Below are positions 1 to 10,782 of a DNA stretch of 64,000 bases, in pieces. Both the position numbers and the translations under genes were made by a program. The notes under the pieces were generated by a model. It was not told where the DNA came from and made no database searches. It saw only the letters and a list, made by a program, of their open reading frames with translations. This DNA comes from Hyalangium minutum (lineage in GTDB: Bacteria; Myxococcota; Myxococcia; Myxococcales; Myxococcaceae): positions 186,001 to 250,000 of the forward strand of contig NZ_JMCB01000001.1 in assembly GCF_000737315.1 (NCBI RefSeq), in the 5' to 3' direction. Numbering within the stretch: the stretch's first letter is position 1; every line of letters begins with the position of its first letter.

Positions 1-687
1 AAGCCGCAGGTGGCCTACCGCGAGACGATCAGCCAGAAGGGCGAGTTCTACTACACGCACAAGAAGCAGACCGGTGGTTCCGGCCAGTTCGCGCGCGTGT
101 GCGGCTACCTCGAGCCCCTGCCGGCCGACGCCGTGCAGCAGTACGAGTTCGTGGACGACATCGTCGGCGGCTCCATCCCGCGCGAGTTCATCCCCGCGTG
201 CGACAAGGGCTTCCAGGAGGCCATCAAGAAGGGCAGCCTCATCGGCTTCCCGGTGGTGGGCGTGCGCTGCGTCATCAACGACGGCGCCTTCCACGCGGTG
301 GACTCGAGCGAAATGGCGTTCAAGACGGCCGCCCTCATGGGCTTCCGCGAGGGCTACGCCGCCGCCAAGCCGGTCATCCTCGAGCCCATCATGAAGGTGG
401 AGGTGCAGGCGCCCGAGGACTTCCAGGGCTCGGTGGTGGGTCAGCTGAACCAGCGCCGCGGCACCATCCTCTCCACGGAGACCCGCGACGGCTACCTGGT
501 GGCCGTGGCCGAGGTACCGCTGAACACGATGTTCGGTTACTCCACGGACCTGCGCTCGGCGACTCAGGGCAAGGGTGAGTTCACCATGGAGTTCGCCAGG
601 TACTCGCCCGTGCCGAAGAACGAGTCCGAGGCACTGATGGCGGCCTACCGCGAGAAGCTGGCCGCCGAGCAGGCTGCCCGCAAGTAG
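1..687 (+). CDS. fusA: Elongation factor G, C-terminal part (domains IV-V; gene starts before the window)
   Basis: [71 protein letters not shown] are EF-G signatures. Confidence 0.97.
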   Translation, partial: KPQVAYRETISQKGEFYYTHKKQTGGSGQFARVCGYLEPLPADAVQQYEFVDDIVGGSIPREFIPACDKGFQEAIKKGSLIGFPVVGVRCVINDGAFHAVDSSEMAFKTAALMGFREGYAAAKPVILEPIMKVEVQAPEDFQGSVVGQLNQRRGTILSTETRDGYLVAVAEVPLNTMFGYSTDLRSATQGKGEFTMEFARYSPVPKNESEALMAAYREKLAAEQAARK

Positions 688-719
688 TCCGCGGTCCGCC
701 GCACAACACTTGAAGTCCA

Positions 720-759
720 GGGAGGGCGCCTCTCGGGTGGAGGCGCCCTCTCCCTTTTT
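720..759 (+). terminator. Rho-independent terminator after fusA
   Basis: gggagggcgcctc-tcgggtg-gaggcgccctctccc followed by ttttt. Confidence 0.9.
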
Positions 760-807
760 CAGGCCTCGCTACGAAGCGAGCGCCAGGCACCCGACCTACG
801 GGAAATC

Positions 808-2313
808 ATGACTTTTGACGAACTGAAGCTCGCTGAACCCCTGCTGCGCGCCGTGAAGGCCGAGGGCTACACCACTCCCACTCCCATCCAGACCCAGGCC
901 ATTCCTCCGGCGCTCGCCGGCCGCGACGTGCTGGGCTGCGCACAGACGGGCACGGGCAAGACGGCGGCGTTCGCGCTGCCCATCCTCCACCGGCTCTCCG
1001 AGGGCCGCCCCGCTCCGGCCGCGCACGGGCGCCCCATCCGCGCGCTCATCCTCACCCCCACTCGCGAGCTGGCCAGCCAGATCGTCGAGAGCTTCCAGGC
1101 CTACGGGAAGTTCACCTCGCTCACGTGGGCGGTGATCTTTGGCGGCGTGGGGCAGAACGCGCAGGAGCAGGCGCTGCGGCGCGGCGTGGACGTGCTGGTG
1201 GCGACGCCCGGGCGGCTGTTGGACCTGATGAGCCAGAAGCTCGTCTCGTACAAGGCGCTCGAGGTGTTCGTGCTGGACGAGGCCGACCGCATGCTGGACA
1301 TGGGCTTCATCCATGACGTGAAGAAGGTCATCGCGGCGATCCCTGCGAAGCGGCAGACGCTGTTCTTCTCCGCGACGATGCCGCCGGAGATCCAGGCGCT
1401 GAGCAAGGGCATCCTGAAGGATCCGGCGAAGGTGGAGGTGGTGCCGCAATCCACCACGGCGGAGAAGGTGGAGCAGCGGCTGTACTTCGTGGAGCGCGAG
1501 CAGAAGCGCCACCTGCTGGTGCACCTGCTGGGCGACACGAGCATCCGCCGGGCGCTGGTGTTCACGCGGACGAAGCACGGCGCCAACCGGGTGACGCGGC
1601 AACTGGAGGCGGCGCGCATCACCGCCGAGGCCATTCACGGCAACAAGAGCCAGAACGCGCGCGAGCGGGCGCTGGACTCGTTCAAGGACGGCAGCTGCCG
1701 GGTGCTGGTGGCCACGGACATCGCGGCGCGCGGCATCGACATCGAGGGGATTACCCACGTCATCAACTTCGATTTGCCGAACATCCCCGAGTCCTACGTG
1801 CACCGCATTGGCCGCACGGGCCGCGCGGGCGCGGCGGGCACGGCGCTGTCCTTCTGCGACACGGAGGAGCGCGCGTACCTGAAGGACATCGAGCGCACCA
1901 TCCGGCGGCACGTGCCGGTGGTGGCGGACCACCCGTTCCGCTCGGGCTCCGGGGCGCCGACGCCCTCGGTGCTGGGGGCGGCGCAGGGACAGTCCGCGCA
2001 GGGCGGACAGCGGTCCGAGGGTGGACAGCGGCACGGCGGCGGGCAGCGCCCTCAGGGCGGCAGCCAGCGGCGCGGCGGTGGCGGCCAGCGGCACGGCGAG
2101 TCGCGGCGGGACGGAGCCGAGGCCCACGGTCCTCGGGGGGACGGGCAGCGGCGCCGGCGCGGTGGGCGCGGGCGTCCGGGCGGCCAGGGTGGCGAGGCCC
2201 GGCAGTCGCAGGGGCAGCACCGGGGCACGGACGGACGGGGTGCTCCCTCGGCGGCTCCGGCTTCGGCGGCGCCTCGGCCTCCTCCGGCGCGCACCTCTCC
2301 GAAGTGGCTCTGA
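808..2313 (+). CDS. rhlE: DEAD-box ATP-dependent RNA helicase (RhlE-like) with Gly/Gln/Arg-rich tail
   Basis: Q motif, [38 protein letters not shown]. Confidence 0.93.
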   Translation: MTFDELKLAEPLLRAVKAEGYTTPTPIQTQAIPPALAGRDVLGCAQTGTGKTAAFALPILHRLSEGRPAPAAHGRPIRALILTPTRELASQIVESFQAYGKFTSLTWAVIFGGVGQNAQEQALRRGVDVLVATPGRLLDLMSQKLVSYKALEVFVLDEADRMLDMGFIHDVKKVIAAIPAKRQTLFFSATMPPEIQALSKGILKDPAKVEVVPQSTTAEKVEQRLYFVEREQKRHLLVHLLGDTSIRRALVFTRTKHGANRVTRQLEAARITAEAIHGNKSQNARERALDSFKDGSCRVLVATDIAARGIDIEGITHVINFDLPNIPESYVHRIGRTGRAGAAGTALSFCDTEERAYLKDIERTIRRHVPVVADHPFRSGSGAPTPSVLGAAQGQSAQGGQRSEGGQRHGGGQRPQGGSQRRGGGGQRHGESRRDGAEAHGPRGDGQRRRRGGRGRPGGQGGEARQSQGQHRGTDGRGAPSAAPASAAPRPPPARTSPKWL

Positions 2314-2328
2314 GGTAAAGAGAGCCCC

Positions 2329-4257
2329 GTGACCCTGCTCCGCGCCGCCAATGTCCAGCTGACCTTCGGAAGCCGTACCGTCTTCGAGGGGCTCACCCTC
2401 ACCATCGAGGAGGGTGAGCGCGTCGGCTTGGTGGGAGTGAACGGGTCGGGGAAGTCCTCGCTGATGAAGATCATGGCGGGGGTGTCGCGGCCGGACGCGG
2501 GGGAGCTTCAGCTCCGCCGTGGGGCTCGCGTCACCTACCTGCCGCAGGAGCCCGAGTTCCCCGAGGGCGCCACGGTGGCCTCGGAGCTGTCGGTGTCGCA
2601 GGGGCCGCTGAAGGAGGTGCTCACGGCGCACGCGGAGCTGAGCCGCAAGCTGGAGTCCACTCCGGCGGAGGCCCACGAGAAGCTGCTGGAGCAGCTCGCC
2701 TCGTTGAACGACCGCATCGAGCAGCTCGGCGGCTGGGACACGGAGCACCACGCGAAGATGCTGCTGGACCGGCTGGGCGTGAAGGAGTGGGACCGGCCGG
2801 TGTCTCAGCTGTCTGGCGGCTTGCGCAAGCGCGTGGCGATTGCGCGGGCGCTGCTGACGCGGCCGGACCTGCTGATGCTGGACGAGCCCACCAACCACCT
2901 GGACGCGGACACGGTGGACTGGCTCGAGGGAGAGCTGGACAAGCTCCCAGGCTCGCTGCTGCTGGTGACGCACGATCGCTACTTCCTGGACGGGCTGGTG
3001 GATCGAATTGTGGAGATCCAACCCGGCGGAGGCGTGGTCTCGTACCCGGGCAACTACGAGGCGTACATCGAGCAGAAGCTGGTGGCGCAGGAGAACGCGT
3101 CCCTGGCGCAGCACAAGCGTGAGCGGTGGATCGCGCAAGAAGTGGCCTGGCTGCGGCGAGGCCCCGAGGCGCGGCGCACGAAGAGCAAGGCGCGCATCGA
3201 TCGGGCGCGGAAGCTGATGGCAGAGAAGGGCTTCCAGCGGCCGAAGGTGGCGGAGCTGCAGGTGCTGGCGGCGCCCCGGCTCGGGCACACGGTCATCGAG
3301 GCAGAGGGGATTGGAAAGTCCTACGGCGACCGGAAGGTGCTGAAGAACGTGGACTTCCGGCTGCAGCGCGGCGAGCGCGTGGGAATCGTGGGGCCCAACG
3401 GCGTGGGCAAGACGACGTTCCTGCGGGTGTTGCTGGGCGAGCTGCCTCCGGACAGCGGGAAGCTGGTCATCGGGAAGAACACGAAGGTGGCGTACTACGA
3501 CCAGACGCGGGCCTCGCTGGATCCCGAGCAGACGGTGTACGAGGCGGCCTCTCCGGGCGAGGACTGGGTAGAGTTCGGCGACAAGAAGGTGGCCCTGCGG
3601 GACTACCTGGAAGACCTGCTGTTCCCGGTACCGATGCAGAAGCAGAAGGTGGCGGCGCTGTCGGGAGGCGAGCGCAACCGGCTGCTGCTGGCGCGGCTGT
3701 TCCTGGAAGGGGCGAACGTCCTGGTGCTGGACGAGCCCACGAACGATCTGGACATCGTGACGTTGAACGTCCTGGAGGGGCTGCTGCTGAGCTTCACGGG
3801 GAGCGTGCTGCTGGTGACCCACGACCGGTACTTCCTGGACAAGGTGGCCACGTCCATCCTGGCTTTCGAGGGAGACGGGCGGGTAGTCCGGTACGAGGGC
3901 AACTACGCGATGTACCGGCGCCTGAAGGACCAGGCGGAGGCGGCTAAAGCGGCGGAGGCCTCGGCGACAGCGCCGAAGAAGGAGGCCCCTCCCCCGTCCC
4001 AGGCCGAGGCGCCGAAGCAGGCGCGGAAGCCCGGGAAGCTCTCGTACAAGGAGCAGCGGGAGCTGGACGGAATGGAGGCGGCGATCGAGGCGGCGGAGAC
4101 GCGCAAAGCGGAGCTGGAAGCGAAGCTGGCCGACCCCACCGTCTACAGCAGCGCGACGAAGGTGCCGGAGCTGCAGCGCGAGCTGGAGACTGCGACCGTC
4201 GAGGTGGACCGGCTGTACGCGCGCTGGCAGGAACTGCAGAACCTCGTCAGCGGTTGA
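2329..4257 (+). CDS. ABC-F family ATP-binding protein (Uup-like, C-terminal coiled coil)
   Basis: Two NBDs (GVNGSGKS/LSGG/LDEPTNHLD and GPNGVGKT/LSGGE/LDEPTNDLD), no TM segments, KLSYKEQRELD tail typical of Uup. Confidence 0.92.
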   Translation: MTLLRAANVQLTFGSRTVFEGLTLTIEEGERVGLVGVNGSGKSSLMKIMAGVSRPDAGELQLRRGARVTYLPQEPEFPEGATVASELSVSQGPLKEVLTAHAELSRKLESTPAEAHEKLLEQLASLNDRIEQLGGWDTEHHAKMLLDRLGVKEWDRPVSQLSGGLRKRVAIARALLTRPDLLMLDEPTNHLDADTVDWLEGELDKLPGSLLLVTHDRYFLDGLVDRIVEIQPGGGVVSYPGNYEAYIEQKLVAQENASLAQHKRERWIAQEVAWLRRGPEARRTKSKARIDRARKLMAEKGFQRPKVAELQVLAAPRLGHTVIEAEGIGKSYGDRKVLKNVDFRLQRGERVGIVGPNGVGKTTFLRVLLGELPPDSGKLVIGKNTKVAYYDQTRASLDPEQTVYEAASPGEDWVEFGDKKVALRDYLEDLLFPVPMQKQKVAALSGGERNRLLLARLFLEGANVLVLDEPTNDLDIVTLNVLEGLLLSFTGSVLLVTHDRYFLDKVATSILAFEGDGRVVRYEGNYAMYRRLKDQAEAAKAAEASATAPKKEAPPPSQAEAPKQARKPGKLSYKEQRELDGMEAAIEAAETRKAELEAKLADPTVYSSATKVPELQRELETATVEVDRLYARWQELQNLVSG

Positions 4258-4298
4258 GCGCCGGCCGACGCCACGGAGCGAGAGAGAGGCATGATGTG

Positions 4299-5690
4299 AT
4301 GATCCATCCGAAAAGAGCAGCAGTCCCCCTGGCGCTCGCCCTGGGCGCGCTGGTGTTAGGACTGGGGTGGGCCAGCCTGCGAAAGGAGCCTTCGCCTCTC
4401 GGCGAGTCCGCGCAAGGGAACAGCCCGGGCAATCCTCAAGACGCCCAGCGCACTGGATCTTCGCAGCAGGACAAGGACGAGTACGCGCGGAAGGCCCTGG
4501 AGGCGCTGCGGGAAGCAGGCTTCACGGAGCCCCTGACCTACGATCCCGAGCGCTTCCAGATCCAAATCCCCGACGGCGAGGGCCAGCAAGCGCAGACGAT
4601 CTTCCTCGGCAATCTCTATGACGAGTACCGATCGGCGCCTCCCGAGCGGCGCGAGGTAGTGCTCCGGCACATCACGGCGATGGGCCGCGCGCCGAGCTCC
4701 CCCATCAGTTACACGTCGGCGCGCTCGTCGTTGATGCCCGTGGTGCGCCCGCGCGCGTACTTCTCACTGCTGGAGATCGTCGATCCGAAGAGCCCGCTCG
4801 GCAGCCCGAGGCCCGCGGAGTGGCGCGCGCTGGGAGAGGTGCTCTCGGTGGCGGTCGTGCTCGATACGCCGGACGCCATGAAGTACCTGGGGCAGGAGCA
4901 GTTCCAGGAGTGGGGCATCACCTTCGACGAGGCGCTCGGGGTCGCGATGGAGAACCTGCGGAGCCAGAGCGCCGAGCCGCTGTTTCCGGTGGCCCCAGGC
5001 GTTTGCGCCTCGGGGTGGCGAGACAGCTATGGCGTATCTCGCCTGCTGCTGGACGAGGTGGTGCGCCGCTGCAAGGTGCGTGGGGATCCCGTGGTCTTCG
5101 CGCCCCAGCGGGATCTGCTGCTCATCACCGGCGCGGAGGACGAGGACGGGCTGGCACAGGCCGCGGAGATCGCCCTGAAGGCCTTCCAGGCGCCGCGCTC
5201 GATCGACGGACGCGCGCTGCGGCGAACGCCCCAGGGGTGGAAGCCCTTCCTGCCCGCGCCCCAGAGCAAGGCGTGGCAGCCCATGCGCAACCTGGCGGTC
5301 TACAGCCAGGGGCGCGATTACGCGGATCAGACGGATCGGCTCCGGCAGCAACACGAACAACTCGGGGTGGAGCTCTTCGTCGCGGACTTCGTGGTCTCGG
5401 AGGAGGAGTCAGGCCAGGCGGTCAGCCAGGCAGTCTGGGTCAAGGGGCTCGACACGCTGTTGCCGCGCGTGGATCGGATCTTCTTCATGGACGAGGCGCT
5501 CGGACCCAAGGCGCCGCCCGTGGCGGTGGTGCGCTGGGAAGCGGTGAAGCGGGACATGGGGGCCCAGTTGGTGCCAGTGGAAGGAGACTATCCCGAGCGC
5601 TACCGCCCGCAGGGCTTCCCCTCCCCCGAGCAGATTGCCCGCTGGAAGAAGGATCCGAGCGCGTGGGACATGCCCCCGCCGCCTCCGTAA
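4299..5690 (+). CDS. Hypothetical protein with N-terminal membrane anchor, DUF1444-like
   Basis: Hydrophobic N-terminus (AVPLALALGALVLGLGW); core resembles myxobacterial DUF1444-like proteins (family call from memory); start at ATG 4299 inferred. Confidence 0.55.
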   Translation: MIHPKRAAVPLALALGALVLGLGWASLRKEPSPLGESAQGNSPGNPQDAQRTGSSQQDKDEYARKALEALREAGFTEPLTYDPERFQIQIPDGEGQQAQTIFLGNLYDEYRSAPPERREVVLRHITAMGRAPSSPISYTSARSSLMPVVRPRAYFSLLEIVDPKSPLGSPRPAEWRALGEVLSVAVVLDTPDAMKYLGQEQFQEWGITFDEALGVAMENLRSQSAEPLFPVAPGVCASGWRDSYGVSRLLLDEVVRRCKVRGDPVVFAPQRDLLLITGAEDEDGLAQAAEIALKAFQAPRSIDGRALRRTPQGWKPFLPAPQSKAWQPMRNLAVYSQGRDYADQTDRLRQQHEQLGVELFVADFVVSEEESGQAVSQAVWVKGLDTLLPRVDRIFFMDEALGPKAPPVAVVRWEAVKRDMGAQLVPVEGDYPERYRPQGFPSPEQIARWKKDPSAWDMPPPPP

Positions 5691-5699
5691 GGCGGCACC

Positions 5700-6480
<781 letters not shown>

Positions 6481-6496
6481 GGGCACTCTACGTCCC

Positions 6497-7075
6497 TTAC
6501 GAGGCGTCTGGCGTTTCTTCCTGCACGGCCAGAGAGAAGGGGTAGATCGAGCGGTGGCCGATGTTCGAGTGGTCGACGGTAAGGTAAAGCTCACCCGCGA
6601 TCGAAATCACCGCTTGCGGAGGGGGGCTGACCTGGCTCTTGAACCAGGCCTCGGCCTCCGGAAGCGTCGAGAAGGAGGCGACGGGTGGCGGTAGCCCTTC
6701 ACGAACACGTGCTCCGAGGAAGTACTGAAGGACGGGATGGGGAAAGATGCGGCGTTCCTGCAAATCGCGGTTGTAGACGAGCAGATGGTACTGGTCCGCA
6801 ATCAAGACGTATGCAGAAGAGGGAGGTGCAGGCTGCTCCTTCAACCAGTTCTCCGCCTCCTCGCGTGAGCCGAACGCCGCCGCGACGCGCGGAGGTTCGT
6901 CGGACGCCAGATGCTTCCGGTAATCCTCAAAGGCATAAACCTGCCCCGTGGATTCGATGAACAGAAGAGCGTCAAACAGGACGTCACGCACTTCCTGAGG
7001 AGCATGGACCGAAGCGTTTGAGCCAAGACCCGCAAGGAACTCCATGGCACTGGAAAGGAGCTTGCGCGTACTCAT
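6497..7075 (-). CDS. Hypothetical protein with internal tandem domain duplication, probable immunity protein
   Basis: ATGA overlap with upstream lipoprotein stop; two similar segments (AAFGSREEAENWLKEQPAPP and ASFSTLPEAEAWFKSQVSPP). Confidence 0.6.
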   Translation of the reverse strand: MSTRKLLSSAMEFLAGLGSNASVHAPQEVRDVLFDALLFIESTGQVYAFEDYRKHLASDEPPRVAAAFGSREEAENWLKEQPAPPSSAYVLIADQYHLLVYNRDLQERRIFPHPVLQYFLGARVREGLPPPVASFSTLPEAEAWFKSQVSPPPQAVISIAGELYLTVDHSNIGHRSIYPFSLAVQEETPDAS

Positions 7076-7701
7076 TGCGCCCCCCCAGCAACACTGTCCT
7101 CGGGTTGGCTTTCGGATGACGTCATCAGCACCACGGGAGCAAGAACCAGAAGCCCAGCCCCAGCGGAGATGACCACAAAGGCGATCCCAGCAACGGTGAT
7201 GACGCTGCCCACCAAGACCTCCTTCCGGTGGCGCTTCAGCCAGTCGATCAGACCATCCACTGTCGTGAACTCCTGGGGCCGGAGCCGCTCCAGTTCCCGA
7301 CAATCATCGTAGGCCTGCTGGCATTCGCGACGGCAGAACTCCGACTTGCCGCCCATCTTGCGAGGGGACGTATAGCTTCCATACCCAGGAGGAAGAGGAC
7401 GCGACATGCATTTTTGGTAGCACTCTTGATTCTCCTGGTCACAGTCTCGAGGCCGGGCCGCAGCAGGTAGAACGCCTCCTGATCGCGCTTCGTTGGCTGA
7501 CCGAAACCGGTAGGCCGAGAAGTCGAAGCGCTCGGCGGGCTGCCACGCGTGGGTGACCTGACCATCGGGGTGCGCTTGGAGAACAAGCACGAAGTGCTCA
7601 GGATTTGCTGGGCTCGGCACTTCTGGCGAACGAGAACGGCTGGCGCTGCATGCCACCAGCAAGGTGCTCAGGCCCACGGCGAGGAGCTTCTTAAGCATCA
7701 T
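7072..7701 (-). CDS. Lipoprotein, SitA-like polymorphic toxin candidate with Cys-rich core and hydrophobic C-terminal helix
   Basis: GAGGA RBS, MMLKKLLAVGLSTLLVAC lipobox, six further Cys, VLVGSVITVAGIAFVVISAGAGLLVLAPVVL segment. Confidence 0.65.
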   Translation of the reverse strand: MMLKKLLAVGLSTLLVACSASRSRSPEVPSPANPEHFVLVLQAHPDGQVTHAWQPAERFDFSAYRFRSANEARSGGVLPAAARPRDCDQENQECYQKCMSRPLPPGYGSYTSPRKMGGKSEFCRRECQQAYDDCRELERLRPQEFTTVDGLIDWLKRHRKEVLVGSVITVAGIAFVVISAGAGLLVLAPVVLMTSSESQPEDSVAGGAQ

Positions 7702-7736
7702 GTTGGGTCCTCTGGGGGCCATCCGCATCGATGATA

Positions 7737-7873
7737 TAGCACCAGCCCCAGACCTGCCCCCACGCCCACCGCGGACAGGCCATGCCGCACCGCCAGCCAC
7801 ACCACCACCCTCCGCCTCGCCCCCAGCGCCATCCGCACCCGATCTCCCGAGCTCGCTGCGTCACCCGGTATGA
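7737..7873 (-). pseudogene. Frameshifted fragment of an FtsX/MacB-type ABC permease
   Basis: SYRVTQRAREIG / (shift) VRMALGARRRVVVWLAVRHGLSAVGVGAGLGLVL matches the 'QRTREIGIRMALGA' permease motif. Confidence 0.7.
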
Positions 7874-8060
7874 CGGCCGATGGCCCCGAAACACCCTCGG
7901 AAAGCGAGCCGGCCTCAGAGGCTCCGATTGCCTGCCTGCTCGGACGGATCCTGGCTGCCTGGAGGCTGGGGGAAGCCTCCGGCGCCGTCATCCGTTGCAG
8001 ACCGTCCCCATGGCTCCCTGGCTGTGCTAGGTAGGCCCCCTCTCTGACTTTCGAACACCT

Positions 8061-9683
8061 ATGATTCGGCTCGACAACATCGGCAAGCAGCACGGCCAGC
8101 AGATCCTCTTCGTGGAGGCCTCCGCCCAGCTCAACCGCGGCGAGAAGATTGGCCTCGTAGGCCCCAACGGCGCGGGCAAGACCACCCTCTTCCGCATGGT
8201 CATGCAGCGCGAGCACCCGGACGAAGGCCAGGTCTCCGTCGACCGGGGCGTCACCATCGGTTACTTCGACCAGGACGTGGGCGAGATGTCCGGCATGTCC
8301 GCCGTGGCCGCGACCATGGACGGCGCGGGCCCGGTCTCCGAGGTCGCCGCCGAGCTCAAGCAGCTCGAGGCCGCCATGGCCGACCCAGAGCGCATGGACG
8401 AGATGGACAAGCTCATCGAGCGCTTCGGCGTGGTGCAGGGCCGCTACGAGGAGCTGGGCGGCTACGCGCTGGAGGGCAAGGCACGGGAGATCCTCGCGGG
8501 CCTGGGCTTCACCCTGGAGATGATGGACGGGGACGTGGGGGCGCTCAGCGGTGGGTGGAAGATGCGCGTGGCGCTGGCCCGCATCCTCCTGATGCGCCCG
8601 GACGTCATGCTGCTGGACGAGCCCAGCAACCACCTCGACATCGAGTCGCTCATCTGGCTGGAGAACTTCCTCAAGGGCTACGAAGGCGCCCTGCTGATGA
8701 CCAGCCACGACCGCGAGTTCATGAACCGCGTCATCTCGAAGATCATCGAGATCGACGGTGGCACGCTGACGACGTACTCGGGCAACTACGACTTCTACGA
8801 GAAGCAGCGCGCCCAGCTCGAGCGCCAGCAGCAGGCGCAGTTCGAGCGCCAGCAGGCCATGCTCGCCAAGGAGCTGAAGTTCATCGAGCGCTTCAAGGCG
8901 CGCGCCTCGCACGCGGCCCAGGTGCAGAGCCGGGTGAAGAAGCTGGAGAAGATCGAAAAGGTGGAGCCGCCCAAGCGGCGCCAGACCCTGGTGTTCGACT
9001 TCCAGCCGCCGCCGCGCTCGGGCGACGACGTGGCGAAGCTGGAGCGGGTGGTGAAGGGCTATGGCAAGCGCCGCATCTACAGCGGGCTGGACTTCCTGGT
9101 CCGCCGCGGCGAGCGCTGGTGCGTGATGGGCGTGAACGGCGCGGGCAAGTCCACGCTGCTCAAGCTGATTGCGGGCGAGTCCCATCCGGATGACGGAGCG
9201 GTGTCGGTGGGCTCCAGCGTGAAGATGGGCTACTTCGCCCAGCACGCCATGGAGGTGCTCAAGGGCGAGCTGACGGTGTTCGAGTCCCTGGTAGAGCGGT
9301 TCCCGCGGGCTTCGCAGGGCTCGCTGCGGGCGCTGGCCGGGTGCTTCGGCTTCTCCGGCGACGAGGTGGAGAAGAAGTGCCGGGTGCTCTCCGGTGGCGA
9401 GAAGGCGCGGCTGGTGCTGGCGCAGATGCTCTACGATCCGCCCAACTTCCTGGTGCTGGACGAGCCCACCAACCACCTGGACATGGCCACCAAGCAGATG
9501 CTGATCACAGCGCTGGCCAACTACGAGGGCACCATGCTCTTCGTGAGCCACGATCGGCACTTCCTGGCGGCGCTCTCCAACCGGGTGCTGGAGCTGACGC
9601 CCGAGGGCGTGCACCAGTACGGTGGTGGTTACACGGAATACGTGTCGCGCACGGGCCAGGAGGCCCCGGGTCTCAGAAATTAA
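8061..9683 (+). CDS. ABC-F family ATP-binding protein
   Basis: GPNGAGKT/LSGGWKMR/LDEPSNHLD and GVNGAGKS/LSGGEKAR/LDEPTNHLD, no TM. Confidence 0.93.
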   Translation: MIRLDNIGKQHGQQILFVEASAQLNRGEKIGLVGPNGAGKTTLFRMVMQREHPDEGQVSVDRGVTIGYFDQDVGEMSGMSAVAATMDGAGPVSEVAAELKQLEAAMADPERMDEMDKLIERFGVVQGRYEELGGYALEGKAREILAGLGFTLEMMDGDVGALSGGWKMRVALARILLMRPDVMLLDEPSNHLDIESLIWLENFLKGYEGALLMTSHDREFMNRVISKIIEIDGGTLTTYSGNYDFYEKQRAQLERQQQAQFERQQAMLAKELKFIERFKARASHAAQVQSRVKKLEKIEKVEPPKRRQTLVFDFQPPPRSGDDVAKLERVVKGYGKRRIYSGLDFLVRRGERWCVMGVNGAGKSTLLKLIAGESHPDDGAVSVGSSVKMGYFAQHAMEVLKGELTVFESLVERFPRASQGSLRALAGCFGFSGDEVEKKCRVLSGGEKARLVLAQMLYDPPNFLVLDEPTNHLDMATKQMLITALANYEGTMLFVSHDRHFLAALSNRVLELTPEGVHQYGGGYTEYVSRTGQEAPGLRN

Positions 9684-9764
9684 GAGTCAGGGCGCGCGGG
9701 CCTTGAACTCTGGGTCCGCGCGTTTTCTACTCCCTACTCGCCGCGTAGGTTCGTAGAGTGCACG

Positions 9765-10670
9765 GTGATGGTCCGCCCGTCCCTCTCTCTCGCTCTTGTG
9801 GCGCTGTCGCTGCTGTCCACCCCGGCCCTGGCCCAGTCGCGGCTGCCCAGCTTCGACCTCCAGCGGCTCCAGTTCGAGCCCAGCGCGCTCGGCTCCTTCG
9901 TGGTGGGCACCGGCCGCACGCTGGACGCGGGTGTCTTCCGCACCTCGTTCCAGGTCCACTACGAGCAGCAGCCGCTCTCCTTCGATGAGCGCTGGGACCC
10001 AGCTGCGGGCCAATCGCTGGTGGAGGGCAAGTTCACCACCCACCTCACCGCAGCCTATGGCGTGCTGTCCTGGCTGCAGGTGGGGGCGCAGGTGCCCTTC
10101 ATCCTCAACCAGTCGGGGACTCGCACCTTCACGGCGCTGCCCCCCTCGAAGACGGGCCTGGGGACACCCTGGGTGTCGGCTCGCGTGGGGCTGCTGAGCC
10201 AGAAGAGCGGTGGGCCCATGAACCTGGCGCTCGACGTCGCGGGCGCTGTGCCTGTGGGCAGCACCGAGGCGCTCGCCAAGGATGACTACGCGCTGTACCC
10301 ACGGCTCCAGCTGGGCGTCCAGGGTTCGGGCTTCCAGGTGGGAGGCGAGGTGGGCGCCCTCGTGCGCAAGAAGGTGGACCTCGGGGTGCTCTCCCTCCGC
10401 GAGCACGACGTCATCGGCAACGAGCTCCGGATCGGTGCCACGGTGACGTCGCTCGGCGGCAAGAAGACGCGCGGCGAGCTGAGCGTGATGACGGCGCTGC
10501 CGCTCGAGGACGGGCGCATGAGCACGGAGGTGCTGCTGGCCATCCGCCGCCACGCCCTGCCCTGGCTGGACCTCTACGTGCTCGGCGGGCCGGGGATCGG
10601 CATCGCCTCGGACACGCCCTCGTTCCGTGTCATCGCCGGCGCCTCGTTCTCCAACGCGAAGATCGACTGA
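9765..10670 (+). CDS. Secreted/outer-membrane beta-barrel protein resembling the N-terminal domain of myxobacterial OmpA-family proteins
   Basis: Signal peptide ending ALA-Q, FDLQRLQFEP N-terminus, alternating amphipathic strands, no OmpA peptidoglycan-binding domain. Confidence 0.55.
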   Translation: MMVRPSLSLALVALSLLSTPALAQSRLPSFDLQRLQFEPSALGSFVVGTGRTLDAGVFRTSFQVHYEQQPLSFDERWDPAAGQSLVEGKFTTHLTAAYGVLSWLQVGAQVPFILNQSGTRTFTALPPSKTGLGTPWVSARVGLLSQKSGGPMNLALDVAGAVPVGSTEALAKDDYALYPRLQLGVQGSGFQVGGEVGALVRKKVDLGVLSLREHDVIGNELRIGATVTSLGGKKTRGELSVMTALPLEDGRMSTEVLLAIRRHALPWLDLYVLGGPGIGIASDTPSFRVIAGASFSNAKID

Positions 10671-10712
10671 CGCTCAGCGCACGTTGCGGAACGTGCCCCG
10701 GTAGAAACAACA

Positions 10713-10746
10713 AGGGCGGCCGTGGCACGAAGCCACGGGCCGCCCT
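10713..10746. terminator. Hairpin between convergent genes (likely bidirectional terminator)
   Basis: agggcggccgtggc-acgaa-gccacgggccgccct. Confidence 0.7.
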
Positions 10747-10782
10747 CTTCACTTCACCGGCCCGGAACGCGGGCCGCGCCGC

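Noticed and set aside
796-3822. Long antisense ORFs in the track (e.g. 796-3822 -, 7698-9614 -, 38826-41507 +, 41544-44822 +, 52847-55366 -)
   Set aside because: Shadow frames of GC-rich genes on the opposite strand; no motifs and no independent RBS.
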